A stretch of DNA of 64,000 nucleotides from Candidatus Forterrea multitransposorum CG_2015-17_Forterrea_25_41 (lineage in GTDB: Archaea > Iainarchaeota > Iainarchaeia > Iainarchaeales > CSSED10-239): contig CP045477.1 of the NCBI GenBank assembly GCA_009392915.1, forward strand, positions 448,001 to 512,000, read 5' to 3'. Position numbers and translations under genes: made by a program. Position 1 is the stretch's first letter, and every line of letters starts with the position of its first letter. The notes below the pieces were generated by a model. It did not search any database. It was not told the origin of the DNA and saw nothing but the letters and a program-made list of their open reading frames with translations. Below, piece after piece: positions 19,986-28,954 of this stretch.

Positions 19986-20057
19986 GCGCCCCAGGCGGGA
20001 GTCGAACCCGCCCCACAACCTTGACAGGGTCGTATCCTAACCGATAGACTACTGGGG
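19986..20057 (-). tRNA. tRNA-Asp (anticodon GTC)
   Basis: Acceptor GCCCCAG/CTGGGGC, anticodon loop CTGTCAA, T-arm GGGTTCGACTCCC. 72 nt, no CCA. Confidence 0.85.
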
Positions 20058-20174
20058 CTTTTTGTTAAAGATTTTAAATTTATACTAAATAAAATAGTTA
20101 AACTATAAATAAATTAATGCACAAAAACATTTATATTTGTATCTTCTAACAAAATTACATCTAAAAACCATGTA

Positions 20175-20777
20175 TTATTTTATCTTTTTTAAAAAATACC
20201 AAAAAGCAATAAATAACACTACAAAACCAACTAAAAAAATCATTAAAACATTAAAATAATTTAAAACTGATTTTGAAATCTCTTCTCCAAGCTTATAACC
20301 AAGAATTGTTAAAAAAGAAACCCATAAAAAAGATCCTAAAAAAGTGTAAAAAATAAAATCTTTTAAAGGCATTTTTGAAAAACCAGCAGGAATAGAAATA
20401 TACTGTCTTACAACAGGTATTAACCTTCCAAAAAAAGTTGCTGATTTACCATATTTTTTAAAAAACAATTCTGCTTTTTCTAGATGAGAAATATTTATAA
20501 AGAATATTCTTTGGTGTCTTAAAAGATATCTCCTTCCTAAATAATAACCTATAGAATAATTTATTAATGCACCAAAAACAGAACCTAAAGTTCCTAAAAG
20601 AATTACAAGAAATATATTTAAATTACCTACATATGCAAAAGCACCTGCAGGAACCATTATGATCTCTGAAGGAAAAGGAATAAATGAACTTTCAATAGTC
20701 ATTAATAAAAACACCAATAAATGTCCAACAAATCCTGTTAAATAATCAGACAAAAATAAAATCATTTCTTCAAACAT
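20175..20777 (-). CDS. DedA/SNARE-associated family membrane protein
   Basis: DedA-like motif FFGRLIPVVRQYISIPAGFSKMP and four or more TM helices. Confidence 0.65.
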   Translation of the reverse strand: MFEEMILFLSDYLTGFVGHLLVFLLMTIESSFIPFPSEIIMVPAGAFAYVGNLNIFLVILLGTLGSVFGALINYSIGYYLGRRYLLRHQRIFFINISHLEKAELFFKKYGKSATFFGRLIPVVRQYISIPAGFSKMPLKDFIFYTFLGSFLWVSFLTILGYKLGEEISKSVLNYFNVLMIFLVGFVVLFIAFWYFLKKIK

Positions 20778-20805
20778 AAGTTTTCGTCATTTCTTTTTAA
20801 GATAT

Positions 20806-21510
20806 CTAAACTATATAACTAGATACAAAAAAGATTAAAAGACTTACTGGAAGTAAAAAACATAAATAAATCCAAACTTTCTTTGAATTACTATCAATCT
20901 GTGATAAATAAATTGAAGAAATTATAACATATTCAACTAAATATACAATTGCACAATAATAACTTACAATAAACAAACTAGAATTAGAAGTTAAACCAAC
21001 AACTGAAATATCAACAATTCCAGTTAAACTTTTAACCAAAGAAATTACAACCCCTAAAATCCCAGGAACAATAAAACCACCTGCAAAAAGAATAGTGTAT
21101 TTTTGCATTAAAAGAATTGAAGTTCTTTCATCAAACAATTCTCTTGATTTTAAAAAATCTTTAACTAAATTTTTATAATCTTTAGAAGTAACTGTTCCAG
21201 TAAAAACTGAATATTCTAAAAGATCTAAAAAATTTGAAAGAAAAGAAGAATTATATTTATTTTTTAAAATATTAAACACTTCTTTAGGGGTATGCCCTTT
21301 GTTTATTTTATTTAAAATTAATTTAAATTCAGAAGATATTAATTGATTACTGGAAGATGCAAGCTTTACTAAAATTACTTTTAGATCATTTGTTTTAACA
21401 AACCCAGAGATTCTTAAAACTTCATCAATTAAAGCATCTTCAAATTTCTTTCTCTTAATACTAAAAAAATAATCTCCAAATAAGTAATTTAAATACTTCA
21501 TTAATTTCAT
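20806..21510 (-). CDS. type II secretion system F-domain (TadC/FlaJ-like) membrane protein
   Basis: Cytoplasmic helical region followed by three TM helices. Lies directly downstream of the FlaI-like ATPase and a second TadB/C-like gene. Confidence 0.5.
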   Translation of the reverse strand: MKLMKYLNYLFGDYFFSIKRKKFEDALIDEVLRISGFVKTNDLKVILVKLASSSNQLISSEFKLILNKINKGHTPKEVFNILKNKYNSSFLSNFLDLLEYSVFTGTVTSKDYKNLVKDFLKSRELFDERTSILLMQKYTILFAGGFIVPGILGVVISLVKSLTGIVDISVVGLTSNSSLFIVSYYCAIVYLVEYVIISSIYLSQIDSNSKKVWIYLCFLLPVSLLIFFVSSYIV

Positions 21511-21533
21511 AATTAATTAACTCTCATTTTTAT

Positions 21534-22280
21534 TTATGGAAGATTAGCTTTCATTGTTAGGAATATAAACATATCAATTATTGGAAATAAAATAACAATT
21601 ATAAAAATAACAGATAAAGGTGTAAAAGATAATTCTAAAAAATTACTACCAACTAATAAAAACATTAAAAACAAAGCAGGAACAATTGCAGAAACAACAA
21701 TATAGATTAAAGATAAAAGACTTAATTTAGTGGAATAATTTTTAATTAAATAATTTTGTTTTTCAATAATACTTGAAGATAATGTTCTTAAAGATTCAGA
21801 TTTATTTAAAGAACCAGTAGATAAAACATCTTCAATCTGATAAAAAACTCTCTTTAAATCTGAGTTTTCAACACCCACAGAAATAAAAGATTCAGAAAGA
21901 GAATAACCTAAGACATTTACTTTATATAAAACTTTTTTAATAATTTGCCCAATTAAAGAAGAATCAACTCTATTTTCTAAAGCAATTTTTAAAGAAATAT
22001 TCTTATCTAAATCATTTGCAAGGTTATTTAAGAAAAAAGGAATTTCTTTATTTATTTGTCTTTGATGATTTTGAAGCTTAATCTTGTATTTAAAAAAAAT
22101 AATAAAAAAGAACATAAAGAAAAACATAATAAATAAATTAAATAAATAACTATAAGATAAACTAATAACCACTGAATCAATTAATAAAAAAATAATTAAA
22201 ATTATTAAATAGAGAATAATAAATAACAAAAAGTTCTTTCTTGTAAATATTTCTTTCTTTAAAAAAATATAATCAATCAT
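21534..22280 (-). CDS. type II secretion system F-domain (TadB/FlaJ-like) membrane protein
   Basis: N-terminal TMs, then a T2SSF-like helical segment (IPFFLNNLANDLDKNISLKIALE), then C-terminal TMs. Start overlaps the ATPase stop. Confidence 0.5.
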   Translation of the reverse strand: MIDYIFLKKEIFTRKNFLLFIILYLIILIIFLLIDSVVISLSYSYLFNLFIMFFFMFFFIIFFKYKIKLQNHQRQINKEIPFFLNNLANDLDKNISLKIALENRVDSSLIGQIIKKVLYKVNVLGYSLSESFISVGVENSDLKRVFYQIEDVLSTGSLNKSESLRTLSSSIIEKQNYLIKNYSTKLSLLSLIYIVVSAIVPALFLMFLLVGSNFLELSFTPLSVIFIIVILFPIIDMFIFLTMKANLP

Positions 22281-24036
22281 AATCTTTTCTAATTAATATT
22301 TCATCAATTATTTTTTCTTGTTTCTTATAAACTTTAAGATAATCTTTTTTATTTTTAATATCAAATGCAAATTTTAATTTATCATAGATTTTAATAGAAT
22401 CATTAACTTTAATTAATTTATTTTTATAAATATCAAAATAAAATAAAACATTTAAAGAAATTTTTCCATCTTTATATATAACTTCACAGATTTCAGTAAT
22501 ATTTCTTAAATCAATAGATTTACCTTTTAAATATTTATTATATCTTCTTTGAGTTATAATTAAATCAATTACACCTAAATCAGTTTCTAAAACACCATAT
22601 GACTTAAACCTTAATAGAGCTTCATTAGCACTTTGAGAATGGAAAGTTGTATATGTACCTTTTGCTTGACCACAAAGCATAGATTCAATTAAATATTTTG
22701 ATTCTTCTCTACTTCTAATTTCTCCAATAACAACTCTATCAGGTCTCATTCTTAAAGTGTTTATAACTAAACTTTCAAGATTAATTCCAATCTCAGGATT
22801 TACAAGTGTAAAAACTTTATGTTTATGAGGGATATTTATCTCTCTAACTTCTTCAACAACAACAAATCTTTCATCTAAAGGAACAAAAGAAAGTAAAGTG
22901 TTTAAAGTGGTTGTTTTTCCAGAACCAGTATTTCCAACAACAATTATATTTGAATCTGTTAAAAAACAAAGACTTAAAAAAACTAAAGCTTCTTTTGAAA
23001 CTGTATTAAAAGAGATTAAATCTTTAATTGTAAATGGTTTTTGAGAAAATTTTCTAATAGTAATACAAGCACTTTCAGTTATTGGGTTTATAACTGCATT
23101 AAGTCTTGAATTATCTTTAAGATAAGTATCTAAAATTGGATTTTTTAAAGTAATATATTTATTTGAGTGCCAAGAAAGTTTATTAATTAAATCCCTTATT
23201 ACTTGAGAAGAAGAATAAGAAAGATTACTTTCAAGCCAACCATAATATTTATGATAAACATAAAGTGATTTTCCTTCTCCAATAATTACAATTTCTTCAA
23301 GATAAGGATCTTTTAATATTTCTGTTAATGGTCCATAATTATAAAGATTATTAAAAGAAATATCTATAATATAATTAAATTGATCTTCTTCAAGCTCTAT
23401 GTTATTAACATAACAATAATCAATTAATTCTTTTTCAATATCTTCTTTTATTCTTTCAGTTGAAACTTTTTCAATATATTCTGTTCTAGTTTTATAAGAA
23501 TCTAAAATAAAGTTAATAACTTCAATTTCTTGGATTGAAAGATTTTGATGAAAAATTAAATATCTTTTAGAAGAATCTTTCATTTCAAATACATTTTTAG
23601 AAATATTTCTTAAGATTTCTTTTTTTAAATCTAAAACAACATAACCTAAATATCTATTAAGAATATATTTCTTTTCATCATCAGTAAACTCATCCATTAT
23701 CTTTAATAAAGCAGGATTATTTTTATAACAAAACATAGAAAAAGAACTTAAAGCACATAAATCACATTTATAAGCTTTATTTTTTCTTAAGATAATAGCA
23801 TTATGTGGACAAGCTTTAAGACACTCACCACACCCATCACATTTTTCAGAATCAATTGCTACAACGCCTTTAGAAACATAATAAATAGCATTTTTTTTAC
23901 AAGCTTTAATACAAGGAGCATCTTTACAATTGGTACAATTGAATACACAAGAAGAGTCTTTTTTTGTAAAATTGTAAGGACAATTTAGAAAAACATCTGT
24001 ATCTTTGATAAAATCTTCTGTTTTCTTAAGATACAT
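22273..24036 (-). CDS. FlaI/TadA/VirB11-family secretion ATPase with an N-terminal 2x[4Fe-4S] ferredoxin-like domain
   Basis: Walker A VGNTGSGKTTTLN, Walker B/Asp box DRVVIGEIRSRE and His box TFHSQS. N-terminus carries CTNCKDAPCIKAC plus a canonical CDGCGECLKACP ferredoxin motif. Confidence 0.85.
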   Translation of the reverse strand: MYLKKTEDFIKDTDVFLNCPYNFTKKDSSCVFNCTNCKDAPCIKACKKNAIYYVSKGVVAIDSEKCDGCGECLKACPHNAIILRKNKAYKCDLCALSSFSMFCYKNNPALLKIMDEFTDDEKKYILNRYLGYVVLDLKKEILRNISKNVFEMKDSSKRYLIFHQNLSIQEIEVINFILDSYKTRTEYIEKVSTERIKEDIEKELIDYCYVNNIELEEDQFNYIIDISFNNLYNYGPLTEILKDPYLEEIVIIGEGKSLYVYHKYYGWLESNLSYSSSQVIRDLINKLSWHSNKYITLKNPILDTYLKDNSRLNAVINPITESACITIRKFSQKPFTIKDLISFNTVSKEALVFLSLCFLTDSNIIVVGNTGSGKTTTLNTLLSFVPLDERFVVVEEVREINIPHKHKVFTLVNPEIGINLESLVINTLRMRPDRVVIGEIRSREESKYLIESMLCGQAKGTYTTFHSQSANEALLRFKSYGVLETDLGVIDLIITQRRYNKYLKGKSIDLRNITEICEVIYKDGKISLNVLFYFDIYKNKLIKVNDSIKIYDKLKFAFDIKNKKDYLKVYKKQEKIIDEILIRKDYD

Positions 24037-24140
24037 CTATAATTTAATTATAGAATAAAAAGATTAATAAATAGATCCTAAAATCTATAAAACAGGTTTT
24101 TTAAAAAGATATTTATATCTATCTATATTTAAATATAAGT

Positions 24141-25061
24141 ATGGAAGATGAATATATTATTATTTCAACAAACAAAGAAAAAGCCCAAGCAACAACAATT
24201 GCAAATAAACTAAATCTTACACTTGGAGATATTAATATAAAACAAGTTCAAGGTTCAGAAACAAGTGTTGATGTTAAAAGTTATGTAAATTATAAAAAAG
24301 TATTTTTAATATATAACATATCTCAACCAGTAAATGAATCAATAATGCAACTTTTATTTATAGCTGATGCCATAAGAAAAGAAGGTGCTGAAAAAATATA
24401 TTTAATTACTTCTTATCTTCCTTACACTAAAATAAAATATAGAACAGAATATAAATTAAATTTTAGTTTATTTTCAAGACTTTTACAAGAAACAAATATT
24501 GATAAAATATATACTTTTGGTCTTTATTCTCCAAAAATAAGTTTTTATCTTAAAATACCTCTTTACAATGTTCCTTTAATAAATCTTTTTTCAAAAGTTA
24601 TTGAAGATAATTTCACTAAAAATAAAAATCTAATAATAACTACAATAGATTATGAAATGCAAGAAACTTCAAAAGATATTGCTAAAAAAACAAAATCAGA
24701 AGTTATTTTTCCAACAAAAGACATAATTAACAATAAAATTAAATTTAATATCTCAGGAAATGTTAATGGAAAAGATATTTTAATAATTTCAGATTCAATA
24801 TTTACTGGAGAAAACATTATTGAATATTCAAACTATTTAACACTTAAGGGTGCAAAAAACATATCAGTTATAGCAACACATGGTATTTTAGATAAAAAAG
24901 CAATACCTCTAATTGAAAAATCTGTGATTAAACAAATATATGTAATTAATCATAATTATCAAAAATCAGAAAAAATAAAAATAGTTTCAACAACTAAGAT
25001 AATTGAAGAAATTATTAAAAGAACTGTAGATAAAAAGAACCTTAAAAACGTATTAAAATGA
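24141..25061 (+). CDS. ribose-phosphate pyrophosphokinase (PRPP synthetase)-like protein with a divergent PRPP-binding loop
   Basis: N-terminal half matches the Prs flexible-loop region (VFLIYNISQPVNESIMQLLFIADAIRKEGAEKIYLITSYLPYTKIKYR). The C-terminal PRPP motif is degenerate (ILIISDSIFTGENI instead of the canonical DD.IDTGGT). Confidence 0.5.
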   Translation: MEDEYIIISTNKEKAQATTIANKLNLTLGDINIKQVQGSETSVDVKSYVNYKKVFLIYNISQPVNESIMQLLFIADAIRKEGAEKIYLITSYLPYTKIKYRTEYKLNFSLFSRLLQETNIDKIYTFGLYSPKISFYLKIPLYNVPLINLFSKVIEDNFTKNKNLIITTIDYEMQETSKDIAKKTKSEVIFPTKDIINNKIKFNISGNVNGKDILIISDSIFTGENIIEYSNYLTLKGAKNISVIATHGILDKKAIPLIEKSVIKQIYVINHNYQKSEKIKIVSTTKIIEEIIKRTVDKKNLKNVLK

Positions 25062-25132
25062 TTTAAATATCTTTCTATACTATATAATATATACTTGTTT
25101 TTGTAAACAATAATTAAAGGTTGTGATGAAAA

Positions 25133-25612
25133 ATGATAAAAAGTGGAATGAAAAACCAAAATGAAAATAATGATAATTATTTAACAATTATCCTTGATGA
25201 TGGGGATGAAGTTGTTTATTGTGTAGAATCTGCTTTTAAAGAAAACTCTATCAAGAAAGCTATATTAGTTTCTGCAGATGGAAAACTAAGAGATTCAAAA
25301 ATGGCAATCTCAAGAGCAGGAAACCTAAGACAAAGAATATATTCAGAACCTTTAAAGATTAAACAAGTTTCAGGAGAATTTAATAAAATAAATGATGATT
25401 ATTTTGGAGATGTTAACATCTCTCTTGAAAAAGACCCAATCCATACTGTAAGTGGAGCTTTACTTAAAGGAATTGCAGATGGAGAAGTAACAATTAGATT
25501 TAAAATAATTAAAGATCTTGATTATCAACCTAATAATACAAAAACAATGGTTAAAGAAAAAATAATACAAGAAACTGTTAAAAAAGAACCTAAGCCTATG
25601 ATTATAGCTTAG
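25133..25612 (+). CDS. hypothetical protein, possible PPC/DUF296-like fold
   Basis: Weak pattern similarity only. Confidence 0.25.
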   Translation: MIKSGMKNQNENNDNYLTIILDDGDEVVYCVESAFKENSIKKAILVSADGKLRDSKMAISRAGNLRQRIYSEPLKIKQVSGEFNKINDDYFGDVNISLEKDPIHTVSGALLKGIADGEVTIRFKIIKDLDYQPNNTKTMVKEKIIQETVKKEPKPMIIA

Positions 25613-26376
25613 TTTTTTTCTATTTTTTTATATATTTTTAAAATTATTTTTCTTATATTTCTTTTTAGTTTGTTTTTAAAATTTGGATTATTCTTACAAT
25701 AGTTATAAGAATATATTATAAAAAGCAAAAAAACAATTACAAAAAAATAAACTAAAGTATAATCTTTTTCTTCTTCTTTATAGACTACTATTTTTTCTAA
25801 CCTAAAGGGAAGATAACTTTGAGAAAAATCATCTGTTAAATAACTAAAGTTTCTATCAATAATATAAAATTTATTTAAAGATTCTGAAAATACACTATTT
25901 GTTTTAATTATATCTTTTGGAAAATCATAATAAACATTTAAATCATGTAAAGAATAAGTTACAAATAAATAATCTTGATAGTCTTTTTTAGAAATTACCC
26001 TTAAATGAATTTCTTTCTTTGAAATATTTAAAGAATCGTAAAGTTGAGTATAACCAGAAATATTTAAATCTTTTTTTAAAGAAATTTCTTTTTCAGAAAT
26101 AATTTTAAGTTCTGGAAGAGAATCATATTCTTTTAATATCTGCTCATATCTTAAAGAATCATTAGCATCTATTATGGAAAAATCAATTAATGGAAAATCT
26201 AAAAGATAATTATTAAATTCATTTTTTAAAAGATTATAATCTTTTTCTAAAAGATAAAGATTACTTTCAAAATCACTTGCATAAATAAAAGGTGTAAAAA
26301 ATAAGAAGAAGATAAATATTAAGATACAAAAGTAAGATTGTTTAAATAAAGAATTAAGTAAATCTTTATTATTCAT
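25609..26376 (-). CDS. N-terminally anchored hypothetical protein (255 aa)
   Basis: One N-terminal TM (ILIFIFFLFFTPFIYA), a soluble domain and a C-terminal TM. Confidence 0.3.
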   Translation of the reverse strand: MNNKDLLNSLFKQSYFCILIFIFFLFFTPFIYASDFESNLYLLEKDYNLLKNEFNNYLLDFPLIDFSIIDANDSLRYEQILKEYDSLPELKIISEKEISLKKDLNISGYTQLYDSLNISKKEIHLRVISKKDYQDYLFVTYSLHDLNVYYDFPKDIIKTNSVFSESLNKFYIIDRNFSYLTDDFSQSYLPFRLEKIVVYKEEEKDYTLVYFFVIVFLLFIIYSYNYCKNNPNFKNKLKRNIRKIILKIYKKIEKN

Positions 26377-26415
26377 TATAAAAATATTAGTTATTAGAAA
26401 ACTATTTAATTATTA

Positions 26416-27180
26416 CTATTTTTTAAAACCAGATATAAAAAATAAAGTTTTCTTTTCAAAAACTTTAAATAACTCAAATCCCTTAAACTCAGGAGAATAT
26501 TTAAGAAGAGAAATATTTTCTTCTAAAAACCATTTTTTAACTTCTTTGATAGTATGGTAAGACTCAAAAGGAACTAAATATCTATCATAAATAGAATTTT
26601 TTGGAGCATTCTTTAATGGTTTTAATAAAAAAGAATGATTAAAATAATAATCTAGTTTTTTAGGATCTTTTGAAAAGAAAGTATGTAGTAAAAACCTAAT
26701 AATTCTATACCTTAATCTTGCAAATTTATGATAAAGTGCAATAGTTATGACACCATTTTTTTTTAAAAGAGAAGTTAGTTTTTTAAAACCTTTAAAAGCA
26801 TCTTCTGTATGATGTAAAACCCCTATTGAAAAAATATAATCAAATGTTCCTAAATCACTTAAATCATCATTTAAAATATCTTTTTGAAAAATTTTAATAT
26901 TTAATTTTTCATCAATTACTCTCTTTCTAAGAACAGACAACTGTCCAGAAGATAGATCAATTGAAGTAACCTTTGCCCCTTTTTTTGCAAGAAAAATAGA
27001 TTTTTCTCCAGTTCCACATCCAGCATCTAGTATTTTTTTACCTCTTAGGTCTTTTAAGTCTGCTTTAGAGTAAGAAATAATACCAGAAATTAGTTTATTA
27101 TGTTTTTTTCTTTGACGATTAGTATAAAGTTTAATTAAAGGATAATTATAGTTATCATAATAATTTTTTACTTCTTTCAT
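26416..27180 (-). CDS. class I SAM-dependent methyltransferase
   Basis: Motif I ILDAGCGTGEKSIFLAKKGAKVTSIDLS. Confidence 0.7.
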   Translation of the reverse strand: MKEVKNYYDNYNYPLIKLYTNRQRKKHNKLISGIISYSKADLKDLRGKKILDAGCGTGEKSIFLAKKGAKVTSIDLSSGQLSVLRKRVIDEKLNIKIFQKDILNDDLSDLGTFDYIFSIGVLHHTEDAFKGFKKLTSLLKKNGVITIALYHKFARLRYRIIRFLLHTFFSKDPKKLDYYFNHSFLLKPLKNAPKNSIYDRYLVPFESYHTIKEVKKWFLEENISLLKYSPEFKGFELFKVFEKKTLFFISGFKK

Positions 27181-27836
27181 AATTTAATCAAAGACTTTAG
27201 TTTATTTAAAGTTATTTCTTTAGTACTTTTTACAATTAAAGAAGCTTTTAATTTTTTAAAATCAGAAACTGTAGTAAATTCTGATAACACACCTACAGAT
27301 TTTAGACCAGCTCTATGAATAGAAACAATACCTTGAAGAGAATCTTCTATTCCTACACATTCATTAGATGAAAGTTTTAAAAAAGTTAAAGGATTATAAA
27401 AAGCATCTTTGTAAGGTTTATGTCTTTTAATATCTTCAGAAGTTAAAATTAAATCAAAATAATCTAAAAGATTAAATTTATTAAGTAAAAACAAAATATT
27501 TTCTTTTTCATTTGAAGAAGAAATAACAATTTTAATATTATTTTTCTTTAATGTTTTTAAAAGATTAATTATACCTGGGTTAGGTTTTATTTCTTTTAAG
27601 AAAGAATAAAAAATATCATGTTTTTCAGAAATATAATCTGAAAGCTTTATTGAAAGATTATATTTTTTATTTACATATTTTAGAAAATCTTTAGTTGTTG
27701 TTGCAAGATTTTCTTTTTGTTCTTTTTTTGTAAATTTTATATTATATTTTTTAAAAAAAAGTTCTCTAGTCTTAAGATAATATTTAGCAGAGTTAAATAA
27801 TACTCCATCAAAATCAAAAATAACAGCTTTTAACAT
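27177..27836 (-). CDS. HAD-superfamily hydrolase (beta-phosphoglucomutase/phosphatase-like)
   Basis: Motif I VIFDFDGVL. Downstream S/T, K and D motifs (GIEDSLQG). Start overlaps the neighbouring gene. Confidence 0.7.
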   Translation of the reverse strand: MLKAVIFDFDGVLFNSAKYYLKTRELFFKKYNIKFTKKEQKENLATTTKDFLKYVNKKYNLSIKLSDYISEKHDIFYSFLKEIKPNPGIINLLKTLKKNNIKIVISSSNEKENILFLLNKFNLLDYFDLILTSEDIKRHKPYKDAFYNPLTFLKLSSNECVGIEDSLQGIVSIHRAGLKSVGVLSEFTTVSDFKKLKASLIVKSTKEITLNKLKSLIKL

Positions 27837-27908
27837 AAATTTACACCTATAAAAAAAATGATTAATAATAAAAAAAAAGAAAAAAGAAAAAATGATTTTA
27901 AAAAAAAA

Positions 27909-28370
27909 TTATCTATCTTTCCATGCAACAAGACCTATTATTACTAAATATGCAATTCCAACAAAAATATTTACTATTGGAATAATAGCTAAAATAGGTA
28001 CTAAAGCAAGCCATCCAGGATACTTTCTTTTCTCAAAGATTCTCCACATGGATATTAAAGCTAGAACCATTACAGCAGCCCATCCTAAAACAGGAACTAA
28101 TAGTAAGAATATTAATGCCCAATGGAATCCACCAAGCTCTAAGATCATTGCATAATTTGCAATTGGGATCCATGCAAGCCAAGCTTTTTTATATTTTAAT
28201 TTTTTTCCAATAGTTTGGAATGCAAGTGCTGTATAAATATATAAAGCAACACCAACTATACCAGCTAATAAAGCCATACCAGCAATTAAAGCAATTATAC
28301 CACCTAATGCTTCAGGACTAGCTGTCATATTAGTGCTATCAACTGCAGCAAATAACATATTTGAAAACAT
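27909..28370 (-). CDS. small polytopic membrane protein (153 aa)
   Basis: Four hydrophobic helices. Confidence 0.35.
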   Translation of the reverse strand: MFSNMLFAAVDSTNMTASPEALGGIIALIAGMALLAGIVGVALYIYTALAFQTIGKKLKYKKAWLAWIPIANYAMILELGGFHWALIFLLLVPVLGWAAVMVLALISMWRIFEKRKYPGWLALVPILAIIPIVNIFVGIAYLVIIGLVAWKDR

Positions 28371-28475
28371 TTATTACGCCTCCGTTTTTAATTGTAATTT
28401 ATAACATATATAACATATAAAAGATTTATAAAGGTATTATTTTTAAAAATACCCTTAAATTTCTTTTAAAAACCC

Positions 28476-28946
28476 TTAAATTTCATCTACAGAATAAACA
28501 AAATCTAAATCTATTTTATCATATGAGAATAATTCTTCATCTTTAAAAAATCTTGCAATTTCAATATCTGAAGAAACTTGTGAATCTGAAGCATGTACAA
28601 CATTACATTGCCCACTTAAAGAATAATCTCCTCTAATAGTTCCAGCTTCTGCTTCATAACCTTTTGTAACACCTACAAGATTTCTTACAACAGTAATAGC
28701 ATTTACACCTTCAATTACAAGTAAAACAGAAGGAGCACTTTGCATAAATCTTTTTAAATGAGGGAAAAAAGGCTTATCTTTTAAATGAAAATAATGTTCA
28801 CCTATTAAGTCATCATTTAAGTGCATCATTTTAAGTCCTACAAGTTTTAGTCCTTTTCTTTCAAATCTATGTAGGATTTCTCCAACAAGACCTCTATTTA
28901 ATGAATCTGGTTTAAAAATAACTAATGTTCGTTCCATATTTGACAC
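28476..28946 (-). CDS. ndk: nucleoside diphosphate kinase
   Basis: ERTLVIFKPD N-terminus and active-site NVVHASDS (NDK His motif). Confidence 0.85.
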   Translation of the reverse strand: MSNMERTLVIFKPDSLNRGLVGEILHRFERKGLKLVGLKMMHLNDDLIGEHYFHLKDKPFFPHLKRFMQSAPSVLLVIEGVNAITVVRNLVGVTKGYEAEAGTIRGDYSLSGQCNVVHASDSQVSSDIEIARFFKDEELFSYDKIDLDFVYSVDEI

Positions 28947-28954
28947 CTCTAAAT

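Noticed and set aside
23803-25159. ORFs 23803..23988(+) and 24959..25159(-)
   Set aside because: Antisense to the ferredoxin-ATPase and to the Prs-like gene respectively.
28452-28484. 12-bp direct repeat cccttaaatttc x2 at the 3' end of ndk
   Set aside because: Tiny local duplication that includes the ndk stop codon. Too short and isolated to be a mobile-element or CRISPR feature.
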